Positions 23,980 to 37,214 of a stretch of 64,000 nt of DNA are shown here, piece by piece. The notes beneath the pieces were generated by a model that worked only from the letters and a program-made list of their open reading frames with translations, was not told the origin of the DNA and did no database searches. The position numbers and the translations under genes are program-made. Numbering within the stretch: position 1 is the stretch's first letter; each line of letters opens with the position of its first letter. The stretch is from assembly GCF_020745735.1 (NCBI RefSeq), contig NC_083422.1, forward strand, positions 21,204,001 through 21,268,000, given 5' to 3'. This DNA is from Hemiscyllium ocellatum (lineage: Eukaryota).

Positions 23980-26650
23980 AGTTGGTTTGACAATCCTTCC
24001 AACCTTTGTGATGTTTTAACCTGCTGGAGATCTCAACACCTGGTTGTCCTTTACTTGCACAAATGTTGCTGTCTTGTGTATTGTTAGAACATGGTTGTCA
24101 CAATGATCCTCCCCATGTTTATTATCTTTGTGTGTATTCCATGCACCAATTAGAGTATCCTACAGACCCCTGAGTTGGCTTTTGTTTTTTCTCAATGTTG
24201 TTCCATTAGGTGGTGCAATTTCATACAAATTAGGTTCACTGCACATTTTGGATAGCTCTGTCAGTAATCAGGTTCCATGGGTAGGATTTATCACTCTGAC
24301 GTTTTCTCCTACACATAAACCAGGCTGCTATGCCCCTTCATGTTGGCCAAGCAGATCTTCAGTCTGTCTCATTGTTTGAGAAGTTTGTCTTTTATTTCTG
24401 AGAACTTGGACAAGTGGTGGCTTGACTGGCTTACCCTAACTTGACTTCCAAACAAGTTATTGAGTATATTTAAGACAGAGATTGTAAGTTTTTGATTAGA
24501 AAGGAGCATCAAGGGTTATGGGGAGCAGACAGGAGGATGGGGTTTTAAACATATCAGCCATGATCGAATGGCAGAGCAGATTCAAGGTGCCAAATGGCCT
24601 AATTCTGCTCCTACAACTTATGGTCTTATGCAGCAATTTCCAGTTGGAAAATGACTTCGTTCCATTTTTCTAGTGTTGACGTTTTATTTAGGCAACTCTT
24701 TAGAGAAAGCTTTAGGGTCCATATTTCTTTATCATACATGTAATAGAACCGCACCAGTATATATGTTCATGTGCATACAGAAAGCACTATTACAACTGTA
24801 TCATCTAGCTCAACTCTAAATGTCTTTTGTATGTGAATACTCGCTTTCTGGGAGGGTCAGTTGACAAAATTGCATCTTCTTTGAGATGCAAAACAGCATC
24901 ACCTTTGAAGTTTCTTATGGCATCAAATCTAATTAAACCAGTCCTGGATTATGACAATGTGAGTATGCTTGACTTCGTCTGCTGTGATTTGTTACTATTG
25001 ACAAAGTCACCAAAATACCAACGTTGAGTTCTGTACATGCTGGTAGTCCTGCTATTGCTGGTCCATTCAAGACCAACAGGCAGAATGCATGTAATCTCCA
25101 TGCAGAATTATGGTGGTTGAATTTCATTGTCAATTTACAAATGCACGATGTTGAATGAGCGATCCATACTGCTACTCATTGTGATATATGAACCCTCTGT
25201 GGTATTGCTCACTCACATTTCTAGAGTGACATTAGTAAGAAATCTATTGATGTATACATCTTTCTGCTAGAAGGCTAGGTCTAGATCACCCATTTGGACA
25301 GCAATACCTATTCTTCTATTATAGGCTGTTCTACTTCATGAACTACTCTTTTGTGAGCAGCTGCTGAACTGCTTACCGCTGTGTAACTATATCCTACTTT
25401 AGAACATTTTCTGAAAATTATCTATTTACAGATAAAGCATTTTTTTTTAGTTGCTGAGCACTGCTTGTACCTGTGAAGTTTCTTTGCTCTACAGCACTGA
25501 CAATGACTGTTAGCATCTGTTGTCTGTCTGACTCACTGTACTGGTTCTTCTATCTAGCTCTTATTACCAGGAATATTTAACCATCAATATTTAACACTTT
25601 TAATCCACCTTCTGCCCCCCCCCCCCCCAATCTCTTTTACTTGAGGTACTAATAGTTCTGTTGTCTTTGTGACATGCAGGACCAATGTTCTGTCTTGAAG
25701 TCCTTGAAGGTTGAGTTTGTTGGTATAACAGCTCTTGATCATGTGTGCGTTGTGACACTGGTGAAGACTTGAATGGAGACTCAATGAAGATGATTCATGA
25801 AAAACTGATTTGAAAAGGAAACTTCAGGATTCATTTGAGCATTGTTTCTTGTAAAGGAAGACAAAGAGTCAAAATTCTTGAGTTCCCTTCTGTCAGCTTT
25901 GCTCTCTGATCTAAGATTGAATGTAATGATGAAAAGAAGAATAAAGAGTTTGTTGAAGACAATGCCAGAGGAGAGGAAATTAAGCCTATTCTGTGACTTC
26001 TAGGGCAGAAATTTCTCTTTCTGTCGGTAATGGCATCACTTTGACACTTGCTGAAGTGTGAGCCCTGTGAAATGTAAGCAATAGCATTGGGAAATAGGAC
26101 TACCCCATCATGGACAGCAGAATAAACCTCTGGCTTGGCATAAACAGGAAATTTCTGTGTAGTTTGCTGAGGTAAACTTGAATGGTCTACCTCATCTGCC
26201 AGTGATCTTTGCCATTAACAAGGGGATGAAGATTCCTGTTCTCTTTCCATCTCTTCAAGTTTCCTATTTGCTGTAACAAACAGTTTTCTTCAGCTTGAAG
26301 TTCTGAGCATTTCTGCAACAGAATAGCTATTTTCCTGCATCTTTAAATCTCTTTGTTATGTCACTTGGGTGAAAGCACTGTTGCCTGAGTGAAAATGATT
26401 TTGTATGTCTTCTGAAAGGTTCTCAGTTTCAGCCTGTAGGGCTTGATTGTGCTATGCGGTGCTATTAGCTGGAATATTAGTAATGTTGTTTGCCAGAGGT
26501 AGTTGGATTGTATCTGTTACTTTCAAAATTTGATATGCTCAACCCAGTTCTGATGCTGACCTTTAAGCTTTGCCAAGGTATTCTGCATCTCTAGGAGTTC
26601 AGTGGTTTGGTTTCGTAGACTCACTTAGTCATCAGTGATATCCTATCCCA
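23980..26650 (-). mobile_element. Highly decayed Gypsy-like LTR retrotransposon remnant
   Basis: The minus strand near 24200-24330 reads GENVRVINPTHGT...CSEPNLYEIAPPNGTTLRKNKSQL, like Gypsy integrase C-termini. The remainder is poorly resolved. Confidence 0.55.
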
Positions 26651-26659
26651 TCTCAACCT

Positions 26660-27960
26660 AAACTGGGTTTCATGAGCAAATTATTGCTTGACAACACTGT
26701 TGATGGCACCTTTCACCACTTTATCAATTAATAAGAGTGGACTGATAGAGGCAGATTGAATTTGTCTTGCTTTTTGTGCATAGGATATACCTGGGCAATT
26801 TCCCACATTGTCAGGTAGATGCCAGTGCTATAACTGGACTGGAACAACCTGGTCATGGATGAAACAAGTTCTGGAACTGTGGGAGACTGGCATCTATGAT
26901 GCTGGGGACCACTGGACGAGTCCAAGGTAGATCATTCACTTGTCACTTATGGCTGAAGATTGTCCTGAACGTATTGGCCTTATGTTTTGCACTGATGTGC
27001 TGGGTTCATCCATCATTGAGAATGGGAAGATTTGTGGAGCTGCCTCCTCCAGTGAATTGTTTAATTGTTCGCCACTTTTCATGATAAGATGTGGTAGCAC
27101 AGCAGAGCTGAGATCTGATCTGTTGGTTGTGGAATCACTTAGGTCTATCTGTTCTTTACTGCTTATACTGTTGGCATACAAATAGTCCTGTTTGGGTAAT
27201 GTCACCAGGTTGACACCTTGTTTTTAGATTTTGGTGCTGCTGCTGGCATGCTCTTCATTAAGCTGGAGTTGATCCCCTAGCTTGATGGCAATGGTAGAGT
27301 GAAGGATAGGAGACTGCAAATTGTGCAGGAGTGCAATTCTATTGCTGCTCATGGTCGATAGCACCTCTTGGGTTCCCGTCTTGCATTGCTAGATCTGTTC
27401 AATTTCTATTCCATTTAGCACAATGATAGTGCCACACAAGAATATGAAGGGTTTTCTCAATGTGAATACGGGACTTTGACTCTGCAAGAACTGTGCAGTG
27501 GTCACTTACCAATACTGTCTTTGACAGATGCACCTACAGACAGGTAGATCCATGAGGATGAGGTCATGTATGTTTCTCACAGTTGTTGGTTTGCTCACAA
27601 TCTGCTGCAGACCCAGTTTGTCCTTTAGGACTCAATCAACTCCAACAATGATGCTTTGAAGACACCCTTGGTGATGGACATTGAAGTACCCTATCTAAAC
27701 TACATTCTGCACCCTTTACACCCTCAGAGCTTTCTCCAAACGATGTTCAACATGGAATACAGATTCATCCATTGAAGAGATGGAGGCTGGCTCATCCACA
27801 GTTGAGGCTTCCTTATCCATATTGAACTTGGTGTCATGAGACTTTGTGCGGTCAGGGGTCAATGTTGTGGACACCAGGACAACTTTCTCCTGACTGCAAA
27901 CCATTGAACCTGATCAGTGGACATGACATAGGCAGGGACGTCAGGGATATTGTAAGCTAT
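26660..27960 (-). mobile_element. Decayed LINE (APE-RT, CR1/L2 superclade)
   Basis: PELVSSMTRLFQSSYSTGIYLTMWEIAQVYPMHKKQDK is an RT N-terminal motif. Endonuclease-like remnants lie at 27650-27950. Confidence 0.7.
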
Positions 27961-28754
27961 GATTCGGTGAGTATGACTATTGCAGGCTGTTCGTAAGCAT
28001 AGAAACAGCAGTAAGTCATTTGATTTTGAACCTGCTTCACCATTCAATATGAGTATAGCTGATCAACTATCACTGTCCTGTATTCCTACTTGCTTACTAT
28101 ATCTCATTACCAACGGGGTAATGCTGCACAGCTGTTCTAAGATTCAGCACATGTTGATCAGTAGGCCAACACACTGATATTTGGTTTTGGATTGTCAATT
28201 GGAGTGCTCAGAAACTATGCTTCCAACCTGTGTTGGAAGAGTAACTAACCATAGGATGTGAGTTGGCTGAAAGGCATTAGAAGTATGCTCAACAAACAAA
28301 AAAAACTATAATAGGTAAAAAGGCCACATTTTGAAATGTATTGCAGGAGACAAGGTGTTAGTGCTGCTCCTGTCTCTGGGGAAACTACTAAATGCAATAT
28401 TCACTGGAACTTATCAAATCAAAAAGAAACTCAGTGTTGTGAATTATGTAGTGAGTATTCCAGGCAGGTGAAAGTACCTATGATTGTGACATGTTGAAAA
28501 AATGTTATGACAGGAACAATGGATAGGAGGGAAGTGAACTTAGGGTAATGGAAGAAGGAGGGAGCAAAATCAAACATCAGAACATTTGGAACATGAATCA
28601 GAAATTGAAAATTCACAAGTTGATCCTCCAGCAATCAGAACGAAAAACACTGAGGTGCTTAAAAAGTTAGGTAGCATCGTATTGTGACTTATAGAAAACC
28701 ACCAAAGTGACTTATGGAGGCTATCGCAGAATTCTAAATCAATTTGTCAGCATG

Positions 28755-29130
28755 TGGATTGTTTTCAAATTTCTTCATGGGATGCGGTATCATTGGCTGT
28801 GCTAGTATTTATTACCCATCCCTTTCTTACCTCTTGATCTGACTGGCTTGCTAGGGTTATTTCAGAAGGCAGTTAAGAATCAGCAATGTGACTGTGGATC
28901 TAGAATCACATGTAAGCCAGACCAGATAAGGATGACAAATTCCTTCTCTAAAGGACACTAGAGAAGCAACTGAGTTTTTGTGACAATCACCAATTGTTTT
29001 ATGATCACCATTTGGCAAGCTTTTTAAGTGCAGAATGTTCTTGAATTCAAATATCACAATTTTTGCCATGAAGGATTTGAACCTATCACCCCATTGGATT
29101 GATTCCATATCTTAGATGGCCAGAAGTGGC
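28755..29130 (-). mobile_element. tRNA-derived SINE, second family
   Basis: Reverse complement of the 7455-7750 family. Confidence 0.7.
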
Positions 29131-30288
29131 ACCACAAGCCGTGGACTCCAGAGGACATTAAGGTGTTATCCTCCAACAGTAAAACTGAAATGATGAGCAT
29201 GCAGAAGGAAGGACAGGCTGCAGAGGAGGAAAAGGTCGTCATCACACAGTCATAGCAACTGATTCAACCTTTACCTGAATAGACAGAGTCAATAGAGGGG
29301 AAGGGACCAAAGGAGACAGGGGAGTGGATACCGTTGGGAAGCAACTGCAAAAGGAAAGCACATCAGGCCTCTACACGCCCAGAGCAAAACGGAAAGAAGC
29401 AGCTGCAGGATGGACACACCAGCAGCTCCTCCGATGATAAAGATGTGTGGAGAAATGGCTATCAACAAAAAATGAGGCACAGCACCATGGAAGAGAAGGA
29501 GAGAAGCACCCCTCAGCTTGTAAACACTGGACATCATGAGGGGCCCACTGAAACTTTACCTCCAGCCATCAGGTACCAAGGGTACCCAACACACCATAAC
29601 TCTGGGCAACCGGGAGCAGTGATACCCCAAGTCAGGAGCAGAGCATGGCTGGCCCTCTGTTGGACTCCAAACCAGACCTTCCTGGCTTCGTCTTCACTCT
29701 GACAACACTGGATCAGGGCAATTGCTCCCAGGGAGGAGGCAGATGGCTGCCTCAGTGTAGAGAGTTCACTCACACCATGGGTTGCAGGGAGTTCCCCAGT
29801 GACAAATGGGTTTTAAAATTGCCAGTGTTAATGTGCGTAGTGTTAGATCTACTACGCAATGTGTTTCCATGATGGCTAACCTGGCCTATGTCAACACGGA
29901 CCTCCTGTTTCTGGAGGAGTGTGGGATACTGAACCTCAGCAGCTACAGGAGATGGTTGAGTTTATGGTGCATGGGCGTTTGATTTCTTAGGGTCGTTCCT
30001 CCGGCCTGGGTATTCTGCTAAGGAGGCAACTTCACTATCTCCGAGGATAAGGAGGTGATGGCCTGGCTCTTCCTTGTAGCAAATGTTACAGACAGAAGTA
30101 CTCCTCTAACACTAATTAGCGTGTACACCCTGTGGGTAAAGAGTGTGTGACTGACTATCCTGCAACAGCTCTCACTGCTGCTGGCAACATCCAGGCTGGT
30201 CATTCTGGACGGAGATATTAACTGCATCATCAATGCGGGTGGACAATCCAGAAAGGCTGACAGCAAACCAGACGCCATGTCCAGATTC

Positions 30289-30316
30289 CTGAAGAAGGGC
30301 TTATGCCCGAAACATC
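30289..30316 (+). ncRNA. Minimal hammerhead ribozyme-like motif (best-preserved copy in the window)
   Basis: CTGAAGA-A-GGGC-TTAT-GCCC-GAAAC-ATC has a perfect stem II and intact core boxes. Confidence 0.72.
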
Positions 30317-30415
30317 GAATCTCCTGTTCCTTGGATGCTGCCTGACCTTCTGCGCTTTTCCAGCAACACATTTTCAGCTCTGATCTCCAGCATCTGCAGA
30401 CCTCACTTTCTCCTC
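30293..30415 (+). mobile_element. PLE terminal-repeat-only insertion with 12-bp TSD
   Basis: CCAGATTCCTGA occurs at 30281-30292 and 30416-30427. Confidence 0.85.
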
Positions 30416-32225
30416 CCAGATTCCTGATGGCAATGATTAAAGTCATCAAGCTGCATGACATCTCCAGCAGCCTTGCAGATGGAGTGCAGCGTAGGTACAC
30501 CTGGTCATGGCCAGATGGGTCTATCTGATGCTGGATAAATTACCTATTTGATATTTCGTATATTCCTGCACGTTCTTTGTCAGATCCACCTTTGTCAAGC
30601 CAGTGTTCTTCTCTGACCACTGCCTCCTGCTGGTCCACTGTCACCTACAGGACACCAGCGGGCCGGCTAGGGAACATGGAAGCTGAACGTGAAATCTTTG
30701 ACCCCAGAAAACGTTGAGGAGCTCACAAATGATTCCACAGTTTGGAAAATCATGAAAATCCTCTTTGAATCTCCAGTGGACTGGTGGGTAACAGTCAAGG
30801 AGAACATTAAGAGATTCTTTATCCTCAGGGATGTACAGGAGGCAAGAGAGAGATGGGCAAAAGTGTCCAAACTCCAGAAGAGCAGAACCTACTCCAGCTG
30901 CAGAAAATAGGGTCATTGTCACAGGAGGTGAAGAGCCAGCAAGCTTCGTTCTTTGCCTTGGATAATCTTCCGGTCCATGGTCCATACCCTGGAGCAGGAT
31001 CAGATATGCTTATATTTTTTCTTTCAAAAGGTTCGCAGGGAGAGTTCCGTGCTCAACTGCCTGAAGGAAGAAGATGGCTTAGTAACGTCATCTTAGGATC
31101 CCAAGGATCAGTGAATCTTTTTATATCAGGTTATATAACACAAAGCTGACCGATAGCATGACCTCCCAGTCATTCTTGTCCCCAATCACAGAGGTCTTAG
31201 ACAACAGCACATGGGAGAGGCTGGACCTCTGGATGAGCTGAATCAAGACCCTTGAGTCCTTTGAAAATGAACTCTCAAAAGGGACGGCTTACCAGCCAAA
31301 TTATATTCAACTCTGTAGGACATGATTTGCAGGATCTGCTGGAGGTGTCTTACAACATGCTTTGGTCGGGTAGCAGTGTGAATCCATGAGAAAACGTATC
31401 ATCATCCTCATCAGCCTGGACCAGGAGAAGGCCTTAGACAGGACATCACACACCTACATGTGGGCTGTGCTGTCCAAAATGGGCCTTGGAGAAGAAATCC
31501 ACGTTTTGATATGACTGCTCTACACCAACATGGTTCATGCAGTCTCAAAGACAGGGTGGGAATCAAAAAGCTTCCCGATCAGATCCGGAGCCAGGCAGGG
31601 CTGTCTGTCCTCTCCTGCCTTGGTTGTGTGCTGCGTAGAAAATCTTGCTGAATCCATCAGGAAGGATGTGAGCCTGAGAGGGGTGACTATTCCAGGCAGG
31701 TGAGGCCTGTAGGTCTGTGTATTGGATGATGTCATTGTTTTCTGCTCAGATCTGCTGTCTGTGCACAGACACATGAGCATCTGTGACCAGTTTGAACAGG
31801 CCACGGGAGCCAAGGTAAATCAAGAGTGAGGCCATGTTCTTTGGGAACTGGGCCGACCAATTGTTTATCCCCTTTGCCATCAGGCCAGATTACCTGATGG
31901 TGCTGGGGAGATGCTTCAGAGTGGATGGTGCATGTGCAAAAACTTGGGAGGAGTGCATGGCCAAGATGAGGTAGAAACTGGGGGAGCACCAATCCCTGTC
32001 CATTGTGGGTGAAAACCTGGTCATTAGGTGTAAGATACTCTCTCCATTATTGCACATTTCCAGAACTTGAGCTGTTTTGGTCCACCTTCCAATTCATCTG
32101 GAGGTCTAACATGGACCATGTCCACAGGGGCACCATGTACAAAGGTCTAGATAAAGGGGGAAAGAACGTACCTAATACCGTCCTTATCCAGATGGCCATT
32201 TTTGTGTGCAGCTGCATCAAGCTTT

Positions 32226-32548
32226 TAGATTAGATTAGATTAGATTCCCTACAGTGTGGAAACAGGCCCTTCAGCCCAACAAGTCCACACCGACACTCCG
32301 AAGAGTAACCCTCCCAGATCCATTTCCCTCTGACTAATGCACCTAATACTATGGGCAATTTAACATGGCCAATTCAGCTGACCTGCACATCTTTGGGCAG
32401 TGGGAGGAAATTGGAGCATCCGGAGGAAACCCACGCAGATACGGGGAGAATGTGCAAACTCCACACAGACAGTTGCCAAGGCTGGAATCGAACCCAGGAG
32501 CCTTGTGCTGTGAGGCTGCAGTGCTAACCAATGAGCCCCCATGTCGCC
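32226..32548 (-). mobile_element. HE1-like V-SINE inside Tx1-like ORF2
   Basis: Complete head, V-domain and (AATCT)n tail. Confidence 0.9.
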
Positions 32549-32563
32549 AGTAACACGAAACAA

Positions 32564-32653
32564 GGTCTTGTTCAGGATTTGAACCAGGGACCTCTCACAC
32601 ATTGACGTCACAGTACGCCCTAAGCTAGAATCAGACCACTAGACCAACGAGCC
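32564..32653 (-). pseudogene. tRNA-Pro(AGG)-like pseudogene with 18-nt insert at the canonical intron position (32600-32617)
   Basis: The minus strand reads GGCTCGTTGGTCTAGTGGTCTGATTCTAGCTT-AGG-G-[CGTACTGTGACGTCAATG]-TGTGAGAGGTCCCTGGTTCAAATCCTGAACAAGACC, i.e. 72+18 nt and close to vertebrate tRNA-Pro. Acceptor- and T-stem mismatches indicate it is non-functional. Confidence 0.85.
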
Positions 32654-33669
32654 AGAGGACAACCAACGAGCCAGAGTATACCCTCGCTATGCAAACAACA
32701 AGTGTCACTACGTATTGAGGTTCTACCTGTCCCCGGTGTTGTGAAGGATGAGACAGGTGTCGTTGCAGTTGAACATTCTAAATAGCTGAACCATTCCTTA
32801 TCACCTTCATTCGCAAAGAAAAGCACCTTGACCAGGAGTCCATCAGGAAGTGGTCAGCACATAGTGTCCTCGAGACTCTGCGCAAAAAGGAGATGGTGGA
32901 TCCTGCTGGGTTGTTCCCTGAACAGATTGTCAAAGCAGAATGCCTCATCTGCATTCCAACAAGTGGCAAGACTTTGCTTGGTTGGCGGTGAGAAGGGCTG
33001 TACCCGGGCGATCCTTCACATCCACCTTGACTCTCTGCACCACCACATGCTGCTGTCGAAGTCGCTGCGGTGGGGGTCTGCAGAGTGTGTAGACACTGAC
33101 ACAGATCTCCTTCTGGAATGCGGTTTTTCATAGGAAGTTTGGAAAGACGTGCAGTGGCTTTTGTTGGGTTACATCTGAGCAACTCAGTGACACAAAACTC
33201 TATGCTCTTGGGACGCAGACTGAAACAAACATTGACTGACCTGGAGGACCATTTGCTCATGAAAGCCAGTTTTTGGTCTGCCCGAGATTTGTTGGTTTTC
33301 CAGAGCAAGTGTTGCAGACTGGCACATTCCAAGGTCCAGGACTACATGCTGAGGGATGCACTAAAGCTTGGGGCAGCTGCTGCCAAGATGCAGTGGGGAA
33401 CGATCACTGTCTGAGATCTTTCTGCCGAAGTTAAATGGGGGTCTGTTGAGTTGCCAGACCCTCTCGGTACCTCAAGTGTATCTAAGTACAATCTTGTTTA
33501 AATAAGGAATGCCTTTGATTTGATTTGTTGGATAGAGTCAAACTCCATTTTTTTTTTGTTTCCCCATATTCTACTGCACAGAACCAAACTGCTTTACTGA
33601 TTGTATCTGTATATGAAGATATTTCTATGCATAAAGTATATTTTGAAATAAATAAAAGGAAGTAAGGGC

Positions 33670-35110
33670 TATTTTAGATTTTCCTATGATAGGACCACAT
33701 GAGAAATTTTGTGCTATGTCAGCATGAGTGAATTTAATCACAGGTTTGTTCTGAATTTTAGCACTGATTACATTTCTAACAAATGTGTTGAAGAAAGGTA
33801 CAAAATTTGAATGGAAGCACTAATGTCTGGGTGCTTTTGAAAATTTGAAAGCTGTGTTGACAACCACACCGATTTTAGCTGCACCTAATTATGCAAACAC
33901 ATTCACATTGACTGTTGATGCCTGCAATCTTACTGCAAGCTACCATGATATGGATTGAAAGGCCTGTCAATTATATTTCAGAGAAACTGACCAGATGTCA
34001 ACTAAAATATTCCACAGTGGAAATGAAGGTATTGAGTCTTGCGATAGTTCTCCATCATTTTGAGATTTTTATCAGCGTTAGGATGGAAAATTCTTGGTGT
34101 GGATCTCAAAGCTTTAATTGTCTTGGAAAGATTTCAGACAACAGCTTACGGTTATTTCAATGATGTTAAATTCTCCAACAAAATAACTTGACAATTATTC
34201 GTGTGCCTGAAAAAAGTATAGAGAGCATATATGCAGCGGTACCATTGACTTGTATAAAATATTATTGCTTTGTAATTCATTGTATATTTAATGTCAACAT
34301 GTATGCACTGTTATTGTGACATAGTAAGGTGTTAAGTTAACTTTTGATGAATAATGAAAATTCTTCTCAAAGATACATTTTAATTCTTCTTCGTTGAAAA
34401 GTGTAGTTCATTTATATTTTAATACAACTTATTTTAGTATTTGAACTTGAGGCTAGTGACATGTGGGTTTTGGTCTCTGTGTTTGAAGAAGCTTAATTAT
34501 TGACTTGTAGGCAGTTCTTGGAGGCTAATGGAAGTTTGCTTATATTGGAGTTTTACAACCAAACAAAGTAAGTAGTTATGCACGAGGCTTTCAATTTTAA
34601 AGGTCAGAGTTTTTGGTTTCGGATAAAGAGAAACGCCCATTGCTCAGCAAAGTTGCAGTTACGGTTTCTGGTTTGGCAGGTGTGCAGAAGCCTTTGCTAA
34701 AGCTGAATATGTAAAACAGTTCCTCTGGAGTTAAGGGCATAGCTTAGAACTGTTCAGAAGTAGATTTTCATCGAGAGAAAGTGTAGGCTTACTTATACGA
34801 AAGCTGAAGGAAAATGCGATCAGATTTTTAAGACTGGGCAATAGAAGCTGCTGCTAAGTCGATCCCTAAGTGTGATGGAGGTGGAAATTCTGTCTCTACT
34901 CTGCTGTTTGAACAGAGGAATAAAGGAATACTATGTAGATTGATGGAATTGTAATCTACCATGTATTTGAAAATAGTTATTTGTATTAAATGTAAATAGG
35001 TTGGTTTATTCTATTTTATCTTCATTTCTATTGAATAATAAACTTATACTTAATTTGTTGATTCCAAATCTGCAGCATTGCACATTCATGTTTCTGTGAA
35101 AGGCCACTTC
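33670..35110 (+). mobile_element. Gypsy RT/RNase H remnant followed by possible LTR-like sequence
   Basis: LKAVLTTTPILAAPNYANTFTLTVDAC and ERPVNYISEKLTRCQLKYSTVEMKVLSLAIVLHHFEIF are RNase H motifs. The LTR assignment (34420-35110) is tentative. Confidence 0.7.
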
Positions 35111-35480
35111 ATTAACACCAGAAGATACAAAGCTCCAATGACGAGTCATCCGGACTCAAAACAGTAGCTTATTCTCTCTCCACAGATACTGCCCGGCCCA
35201 TTGTGATCTCCAGCATTTTTTGTTTTCAGTTCAGATTCCAGCAGGTGCACTAATTTGCTCCCAGAAAATACCGGATTTATCCAGTTTCATTCTGGGATCT
35301 GATTTGTCTCGTAATATAACTGAAAAACTGATAACCATGATTTTTACCAAAACAGGTCTTAAAAAATTCGAAGCTAATGACAAATTAAAAATAGAAAGTG
35401 TCTTTGGTGTGTTTTAAATATTGCTTGTATATTGCTTCAAAGCATTTATTATCTCTCCAGTGTATACATTAATTTGGGCG

Positions 35481-35540
35481 GTGTGTGTGTGTATCTGTGT
35501 CTGTGTGTGTGTGTGTGTGTGTATGTGTGTTTGTGTGTGA
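35481..35540. repeat. Imperfect (GT)n microsatellite
   Basis: Direct reading of the sequence. Confidence 0.95.
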
Positions 35541-37214
35541 CAGACATGCGAATGAGATTCACAGACTGATAAAATGCGAATGAATGACAGCTGCTCAGAA
35601 CCTGTATGTGCAATACTGTGGAAAGTCAGAACTGCAGAAATTTTTAAAGGGAAAGAGAAATATACATTGAGGTTAAATTACTTAAAAGAGTCTCTAAATT
35701 GGAATGTGACACCATCCCACCCCCGTCTAGTTTCAATCTGGATACATTTACAAGTAAGTGGGGAGCTGTTAATTAATAATTTAACATTTTCAGGTGTATC
35801 ATTAACTACTAATTGAACCAACATTCTGACCTTGACAGTTAGCTCACCTACATCCTGAGCTTTGAGACCTCACCAACATTGGCCAGATGAAATGTGCTGT
35901 GTCCTTCATCAGGGGCACTGATAAGCTGGGTCTCTTTTGAACCAAGAAACTGAGGAGCTGCATTGCTGCCCAGATGAGAGGGTGCAGCTCCCAGCACTTT
36001 TACAAGTCTGGGCATTTCCTGCTTAACGTGGAAGACAGTTCATTGTATTACACTTCACACATCTTCAGCTTCAGCTCCCTGCGATCAGCCTTTACTGCAG
36101 CAGTTGCCACTGCGCTGTCGCTTCTGCTATAAAGCGGTAGTTCCATTCTCGTGCAATCCCGTGTTATAAGAAAATCATGTAATAGCAGCATTGTTTAAAC
36201 TAATGAGGCTGGAGTCACATTATAACCAAAGTTATCAAGCTTTAAAAGTTCGCACTTTGGAAACAGTGTCCCCAAATCATCAATCATATTATAATGAATT
36301 CCCATTAACGAAGCACGTGTTATGGCTGAACAACCTGTACTCTGTTTCTGTGATGGGGAACAACAGCCCACAGTGACAGCACCTGGTGTTTTCTCCTTCA
36401 TTACTTACTCTTCCTAGGGGCACAAGGCATTAACACAGGATTCCAGCCTAGAGGGAGGCAAGGCCCCAACACACTACCAGAGATTAAGCTATCCTGTCAC
36501 TTCTGAGCTGCGGTGGGTCAGGAAGCTCAGGTGGTCACAGCATGTTGTTGCTGACACTTGGGACAACAGGTATTGGAGGGTACATATAGGTGATGTCTGT
36601 CAAGGTTCCCATTAGTGGACGGTCACCCACCCCACACCAGCCCAGCCTGGCTCCAGCTCATTGACTCTCCCTCAAGGTTCTGCACTTTCTCCCGTAAGGA
36701 CAATAAACAGAGATTACTGAAAGTTAGAAAATGATTGTGCGGAGAGCAGGGAAGGACAGCAGGAGGGGTGTGAAAGCTGTCTGCTCAGTAGGGGAGATGA
36801 GGATATGCCGACAGAGAGGAGGATGCATGTTGTTAGAACACATGCTGTTCTGAGGAATGCCATAGTGAAGAACATGGGATTGGCACCAGAATGTGATGTG
36901 TAACATACCTTCCTGGCCCTCCTGAGATCAATAATCCTCTCAGTGCACAGTCTCCACACTGGTTGATATTGTCAAAACACTGCAGCCCTTCAAATGACAT
37001 TCAAGTCAAAGGCCCAGCAAGTAACCTTTCCTCTCACCTCCTTTCCTGTGGTTGGTGAGCTTTTGTAATTGTATCAGTGATTCCTTTAACTTGAAATCCT
37101 TCATGTGTCCACCCTCTCTTTTTGCTCAGGAAACCTGGAAGTGGGATCATGGCTGAATTGAAGAGCCATTGTAAAACAGACCCCATGACAGGCCCTACTA
37201 ATTTAAAACAAAAT

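Larger units (their letters stand above)
29130..33660 (+). mobile_element. Tx1-like (L1 clade) LINE, near full ORF2 but pseudogenised (ORF2 ~29806-33414)
   Basis: ORF2 starts MGFKIASVNVRSV...LLFLEECG. RT motifs LDQEKA.DR and SGARQGC are present. The C-terminus is Cys/His-rich and ends ...AKMQWGTITV*. An A-rich end lies at ~33655. It is interrupted at 30293 and 32226. Confidence 0.8.

Noticed and set aside
24827-25027. ORF MYVNTRFLGGSVDKIASSL... containing a GTGAGT donor-like site
   Set aside because: It has no similarity to TdT or any protein I recognise, and lies antisense within a decayed Gypsy-like region.
28982-28990. DNH codons as a possible DNTT penultimate exon (also 35330-35338)
   Set aside because: 28982 lies within a SINE. 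35330 has an in-frame stop just upstream and no DLRR motif.
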